Source: a bacterium
GTDB lineage: Bacteria; BMS3Abin14
Length of the DNA: 64,000 nucleotides
Assembly: GCA_029210965.1 (NCBI GenBank)
Contig: JARGFZ010000002.1
Span: forward strand, 63,016 to 127,015
Direction of reading: 5' to 3'
The first letter of the stretch is position 1. Each line of letters starts with the position of its first letter. The notes under the pieces are model-generated. The model saw only the letters and a program-made list of their open reading frames with translations, was not told where the DNA came from and made no database searches. This document shows, one piece after another, positions 59,249 to 64,000 of this stretch. A program made the position numbers and the translations under genes.

Positions 59249-60922
59249 TTAGTTAATCCCCGTTATGACGCCGTCGTCATCGATGTCGATGTTGTAGGCA
59301 GCCGGGGCCTTGGCCAGGCCGGGCATGCGCAGAATCTGACCCGTGATGGGGATGAGGAAACCCGCGCCCGATGCGATCTTGATCTCGCGCACCGTGACGA
59401 TGAAGTTGGAAGGCAGACCCAGCAGGGACGGGTTATCCGAAAGCGACTGCTGCGTCTTGGCGATGCAGATCGGGAGTTTGTCGAATCCGTATTTTTTGAT
59501 GAGTTCCAGGTTGCGCTTGGCCATGGGCTGATAGTCCACCGAGACAGCGCCGTATATCTCGCTGGCCACGCTGAAGATCTTGTCTTCCACGGGCTGGTCC
59601 CATTCGTAGAGCGGGCGATAGTTACCGGTGGATTGGGAGCATAGCTTAATGGTTTTCTCGGCCAGATCCAGTCCGCCTTCACCGCCCTGACTGAATATAT
59701 CGGCTGCGGCGATATTCATGCCTTCGTCTTCGGCCGCCTGGATGACGGCTTGAATCTCCTCGTCCGTATCCTGTGCAAAACGGTTAAGTGCAATGATGCA
59801 CTGCACGCCGAACTTGTCGATGTTTCCGTAATGCTTGCGCAGATTGGCCATTCCGAGCACCGCCAACCGCGGATTGGGGGTGTCCAGGTCATCGGGCGCC
59901 ACACCTGCGTGGTATTTCAGGGCCCGCACCGTGGCCACCAGTACCACCACCTTGGGGTTGAAGTCGCCGTAGCGTGCCACGATGTCAAAGTATTTTTCCG
60001 CGCCCAGGTCAAAGCCGAAACCTGCCTCGGTCACAACATAATCCGCCAGCCGGAGCGCCATATCCGTGGACATGATGCTGTTGGTGCCCTGGGCGATATT
60101 GGCGAAGGGGCCGCCGTGGATAACAGCAGGTACACCCTCACTGGTCTGCACCAGGTTGGGCAGCAGGGCATGCTTGAGCAGGGCCGTGACCGCGCCTTCC
60201 ACTTTCAGATCACCCGCGAGCACCGGTTTGTCGTCATAGGTAAAACTCACCAGGATCTTGCGGATCCTGTCCTTGAGGTCCTGATAGGAACGGGAGAGAC
60301 AGAGGATGGCCATGATCTCGCTGGAAGGCACGATGTCAAAGCCGGACTCCCGCGGCACGCCATTAGTGGAACCGCCCAGGCCGATGATGATATCCCGCAG
60401 CGAACGATCATTCATATCCACCACGCGCGGCCAGGTTATCTTTCGCGGGTCGATATTCAGCGGGTTACCGTGAAAGACCGTATTGTCCAGGATGGCGGCC
60501 AGCAGGTTGTGCGCGCTCTCCACTGCCGGGAAGTCGTTGGTGAAATGCAGGTTGATCTCGTCGGCCGGCAGCACGCACGAGCGCCCTCCGCCCGTGGCTC
60601 CGCCCTTGATGCCGAAGACCGGACCAAGGGATGGCTCGCGCAGCGCCGCGATGGTCTGCTTGCCCAGCTTGGCCAGGGCCTGGGTCAGCCCGATGGAAAC
60701 CGTGGTCTTGCCTTCGCCCGCGGGTGTGGGCGTCATGGCTGAGACGAGGATGAGGTTGGCCCCGGGGCGGCGCTCGAAGCGCCCGATGGCCTCCAGCCGG
60801 ACCTTGGCCTTGTAGCGGCCGTAAAATTCCAGGTCGTCTTCGCCAAGGCCGATGGATTCCGCGATCTCAATTATAGACTTTAATGCCGGCTGAAGAGGAT
60901 CCGCTTTCTTGGGTGTTGTCAT
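59249..60922 (-). CDS. fhs: Formate--tetrahydrofolate ligase
   Basis: PTPAGEGKTTVSIGL P-loop. 557 aa, full-length FTHFS. Confidence 0.95.
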   Translation of the reverse strand: MTTPKKADPLQPALKSIIEIAESIGLGEDDLEFYGRYKAKVRLEAIGRFERRPGANLILVSAMTPTPAGEGKTTVSIGLTQALAKLGKQTIAALREPSLGPVFGIKGGATGGGRSCVLPADEINLHFTNDFPAVESAHNLLAAILDNTVFHGNPLNIDPRKITWPRVVDMNDRSLRDIIIGLGGSTNGVPRESGFDIVPSSEIMAILCLSRSYQDLKDRIRKILVSFTYDDKPVLAGDLKVEGAVTALLKHALLPNLVQTSEGVPAVIHGGPFANIAQGTNSIMSTDMALRLADYVVTEAGFGFDLGAEKYFDIVARYGDFNPKVVVLVATVRALKYHAGVAPDDLDTPNPRLAVLGMANLRKHYGNIDKFGVQCIIALNRFAQDTDEEIQAVIQAAEDEGMNIAAADIFSQGGEGGLDLAEKTIKLCSQSTGNYRPLYEWDQPVEDKIFSVASEIYGAVSVDYQPMAKRNLELIKKYGFDKLPICIAKTQQSLSDNPSLLGLPSNFIVTVREIKIASGAGFLIPITGQILRMPGLAKAPAAYNIDIDDDGVITGIN

Positions 60923-60926
60923 GGGT

Positions 60927-61466
60927 TTATTTGCCTACCACCGCATCGAAGCGGATATCGATATTGGATTCGTTGCTGATACTGGTGAATTCGGCTTTCA
61001 GGTCCGCGATCTTAACCGTGGCAGGCAGCGAGAAATAACACGTCATTTCAAAGATGCTGGCGCCGGTGACCGGATTGTTGTCTACATTGGTGGAGATATC
61101 ATCAATATTGATACCCTTGGTATAAAGCACCTTGCAGATCTGATGCACAATACCGGGACGGTCCAGCGTGATGGCGATGAGTTTATAGGGTATGGACGGC
61201 TGAACCTCGCGATGAGAAGGAGCCTTGGTTTTATGAATATTGATATCAAGCCCTGTTTTTTCCCTGAGGCTGTCCAATTCGCCGATGAAGCTCTCGATAT
61301 CATCGGCCTTGCCCGAGGTAAGGATGATCATGCCGAATTCGTTGCCCAACACGCAACCTCGCGAACGTTCAATATTGATACCGCGCGCGGTGAAGAATTT
61401 CGCAATGTCCTTGACTAGACCTGGTCGGTCCTGTCCCATAGACGAGAAGACGACGTATAAACGCAT
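60927..61466 (-). CDS. Tandem ACT-domain protein (GcvR-like)
   Basis: Two ACT repeats (VVFSSMGQDRPGLVKDIAKFF ... IAITLDRPGIVHQICKVL). Start at MRLYVV. Confidence 0.6.
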   Translation of the reverse strand: MRLYVVFSSMGQDRPGLVKDIAKFFTARGINIERSRGCVLGNEFGMIILTSGKADDIESFIGELDSLREKTGLDINIHKTKAPSHREVQPSIPYKLIAITLDRPGIVHQICKVLYTKGINIDDISTNVDNNPVTGASIFEMTCYFSLPATVKIADLKAEFTSISNESNIDIRFDAVVGK

Positions 61467-61760
61467 GACCAGCCTCCTTCTTGATCGGTTTCTTTCGCCA
61501 ACACCTTTTATCATTTAAGAAATAAACGTCCAGGACGGGCCTGTCAAGCTGGCATCCCCTTGGGGTATCCCTATGGGGTCAGTTCCAGTCTAGGGAATCA
61601 AAAGGGTCAGGGCCTGTCCCCAGGACGCACAGAATTAATGCAAAAGCGGCAAGATCTGGCTCTCTCAGGGGCAGGACGAACGAGCGAGAGACAGCCTCTT
61701 TTGGATTATTGATTGCTTCCTTCACTTGACACCGCCTTAAATCTCTTTAATCTAAAAAAT

Positions 61761-62363
61761 ATGGAAACGAAGCTGAAAAACATCCTTGCCCTTCCCCATG
61801 ATCTGGACCGGACGGCGGCCCTGGCCTGGTGGATGCAGAGCTGTTATCCCGATGAGGCGGTACGGCCCATCCTCGTCGGAGGCGCGGCCATGGAGTTGTA
61901 TTCTGAGGGCGCCTTCATCACGGCGGAGCTGGATTTCGTGGGGATCGTGCCGCCCCCCGTCGCAAGCGATCTGAAGAAGGCCGCGTTCGGGCGGCTGGGC
62001 CGGCAATGGCTGCACGATAAGGAGAGTGTCTCGATCGTTTTCCACAACGATACGCTACGAAAGGGTGAAAGGGCCGTGGACCAGAGCTTCGGAGACTACC
62101 CTGTCCTCATGGTCAGCCCGGAGGACCTCCTGGTCGACCGCTTGGCGTCATGGAGGCACCGGGAGTCACCCACACACGGCGTTCAGGCCTACCTCCTTTA
62201 CTACCTAAAACACGGACCGATGGACCTGGAGCATCTCCGGCAAAGAGCAGCCCAGGAGGACGTCGAGCCCGCCCTGGATTCGGTGACCAGGCTGTTCTTT
62301 AAAAACAAAGGCCAGCTTCCCGAGGCTGAATACCTGGGCGCCTGGGCGAGCAGGGAAATATGA
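61761..62363 (+). CDS. Hypothetical protein with nucleotidyltransferase-fold-like motif (AbiEii-like?)
   Basis: ILVGGAAMELYSEGAFITAELDFVG is reminiscent of the GGTAL...R.S.DIDF motif of AbiEii/DUF1814 toxins. Weak. Confidence 0.35.
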   Translation: METKLKNILALPHDLDRTAALAWWMQSCYPDEAVRPILVGGAAMELYSEGAFITAELDFVGIVPPPVASDLKKAAFGRLGRQWLHDKESVSIVFHNDTLRKGERAVDQSFGDYPVLMVSPEDLLVDRLASWRHRESPTHGVQAYLLYYLKHGPMDLEHLRQRAAQEDVEPALDSVTRLFFKNKGQLPEAEYLGAWASREI

Positions 62364-62715
62364 ACTCCAGTCCAACGGCTAATGTCCAAAGTCTAAAGTG
62401 GAACGCGTGCCGCTTGTCATTGCGAGCCGAATCCTGAGCGACTTGTCACGGCGAAACTGGAACCTGGAACACCAACCGAAGGTTGGCGTCATCGCGAGCC
62501 GATACCATGCGAAGCGATCTCGGGTTTTTGAGATTTGAGGTCTGAGATTTGAGATTCGCCCTTTTTACAGGGATGAAGGGGATGAAAGGGATTTGGAAAA
62601 ACAGGTTCTATGTCAATAAATCTGGTTACCTACGTTCTGACCACACCTGACACAAAAGGATCTTCATCTGAAGATGAGGGTCCCTAATATAACTTGTACC
62701 GCTAATGCTGTTTTC

Positions 62716-62970
62716 TTATTCCAGGGGTTCCGTGCTTTCCTCCTCGTAATTCCAGTTCATGCGGCGCTGGAACTCCAGATCGATCCACTTTGCCGTATTG
62801 TCTTCAAGCTTCCTGGCGATCTCTCGTCTGTCACCGCCTTTTTTAATGCGAACCTTGAATTCCTTGTTGTACCACTCGGCCGCATCGGAACGGACGTCTC
62901 TCATGATGTCCTCTTTCGAGCGCCTGTAGTTCATACCGGGGATGATCAGGTGATCATATTCCACTTCCAA
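62716..62970 (-). CDS. Small hypothetical protein
   Basis: 84 aa, charged. I recognise no family. Confidence 0.3.
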   Translation of the reverse strand: MEVEYDHLIIPGMNYRRSKEDIMRDVRSDAAEWYNKEFKVRIKKGGDRREIARKLEDNTAKWIDLEFQRRMNWNYEEESTEPLE

Positions 62971-63025
62971 TTCCTCCTTCCAGTCTCCCCTCTTGATATT
63001 AAATTTAAGTCAGACCCACCTCAAT

Positions 63026-63712
63026 TCAACTCCTGACCCCTGTTGCTTCTTGTAAAAGTCCCGCTCCCAGCTCAAAGGCCTTCTCGCAGTCAACGGGGAA
63101 CCGCTCTTCCCTGCTCTTCGCCTTGTCCTCCGGTTTCCACCGGTCGGCTACAACTTCAGAGTAGTCCTCGAACTGTAGCGTGTCCATGCTCAGCTGATAG
63201 GCCGAGTGCCCGAAGATCCTCGAAAAATAGCCCTGGTTCATGTCGAAATGGCTGTAGTAGATCTCGTACATCCCGCGGCTTTTAAGTTCTTCATCAGCCA
63301 TGTTCATCGTGTAGATGAAGGCGGTCCGCAACCTGCCGGGAAAGAGAGTCCGGGGGGGATTGGTGTAGGTGAGGTAGGGGAACATCCAGCGCTCCAGGAA
63401 GGACCTCATCTCACCTGTGACGGCTCCGAAGTAGATGGGCGAACCCAGGACGACAGCGTCCGCCTCCTCTACCTCCTTAAATACAGGCATTAGATCGTCT
63501 TTCACGGCGCACCTCCCGTAGCTTTTCCCTCCCCTGGTCTTGCAGGCGAAACAGCTGAGACACCCTTTAAATTCAAGGTCGTACAGGTGGATGAGCCTCG
63601 TTTCGGCGCCCTTCGATAAAGCGCCCTCAAGGGCCTTTGCAATAAGGGTCGCCGTGTTCCACTTTTTCCTCGGGCTTCCGTTAAGGCCAATGACTTTTTT
63701 CCGATCCGGCAT
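63026..63712 (-). CDS. Flavodoxin-like fold NAD(P)H-dependent FMN reductase family protein (iron-sulfur flavoprotein-like)
   Basis: VIGLNGSPRKKWNTATL ... AVVLGSPIYFGAVTG motifs plus a CLSCFAC Cys cluster. Confidence 0.75.
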   Translation of the reverse strand: MPDRKKVIGLNGSPRKKWNTATLIAKALEGALSKGAETRLIHLYDLEFKGCLSCFACKTRGGKSYGRCAVKDDLMPVFKEVEEADAVVLGSPIYFGAVTGEMRSFLERWMFPYLTYTNPPRTLFPGRLRTAFIYTMNMADEELKSRGMYEIYYSHFDMNQGYFSRIFGHSAYQLSMDTLQFEDYSEVVADRWKPEDKAKSREERFPVDCEKAFELGAGLLQEATGVRS

Positions 63713-64000
63713 GGGATTCCTCCATTAAAGACAGGGAAGTTGGAACGGTAATATCTGGGGTTCATCCGGGAAATGAACACCTTGAACCCAATAGGTACTT
63801 CGACAAGTTTAAAACCTTTAACGCGGAGGGCTGCCGTTGAAACCCTGTATCTGATTTGATTCTAGCTGCGGCTCTCTGCCTTTCGACGCATTTCATTTGC
63901 TCAGGCTCCCGAGCCTGTGGAGGGACGGTACGGCCACAGGTCCCGCCAAAGGCGGGATCCTGCGTAACTCTGTATTATAGCTTTAACGTTCTTATAAAAC

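Overview
This 64 kb window looks like a chromosomal segment from an anaerobic, moderately GC-rich (about 55-60%) bacterium. Rubrerythrin, desulfoferrodoxin, TctCBA, FxsA and PldA give it a deltaproteobacterial/Desulfobacterota-like gene complement; no organism can be named from sequence alone. Coding density is high and I see no rRNA, tRNA or CRISPR array.

Gene content along the window:
- 1-15.5 kb: a housekeeping block with a 5'-truncated FGGY sugar kinase, pldA, typA/bipA, rdgB, rph, murI, a GerMN protein, an AmiC-type amidase, PBP1A and cysK.
- 16.2-27.4 kb: an accessory surface-polysaccharide locus of about 11 kb, all on the minus strand. It holds a CDP-3,6-dideoxyhexose pathway (rfbF-rfbG-rfbH plus an SDR synthase-like gene), glycosyltransferases (one tandem paralog decayed), two methyltransferases and a Wzx flippase.
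- 27.7-30.1 kb: mscS and corA.
- 30.2-33.4 kb: a tandem pair of NmrA-like/DUF2867 genes, the upstream copy decayed.
- 33.4-41 kb: TspO, a metallophosphoesterase, a cytochrome-b5/CxxCH membrane protein, a GNAT acetyltransferase, a HAD hydrolase and MarC.
- 41-47 kb: the tctCBA tricarboxylate transporter next to a DcuS/DcuR-type two-component system.
- 47-63.7 kb: rsgA; then an oxidative-stress cluster (rubrerythrin, desulfoferrodoxin, a 4Fe-4S protein, two ferritin-like genes); fxsA; an intact IS30-family element followed by a low-GC HAD gene fragment; fhs (formate-THF ligase).

The most striking sequence-level signals:
1. Nearly every intergenic spacer carries a short degenerate tandem array with a strict 7-bp period but a different unit sequence at each locus.
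2. A roughly 245-bp MITE-like element with terminal inverted repeats and TA flanks is present twice.
3. An orphan protein has a TIR-like C-terminal domain.
4. A family of GC-rich hairpin-forming dispersed repeats recurs at several loci.

Coordinates taken from the ORF track are used as given. Coordinates I derived by eye for repeats and element ends may be off by a few nt.
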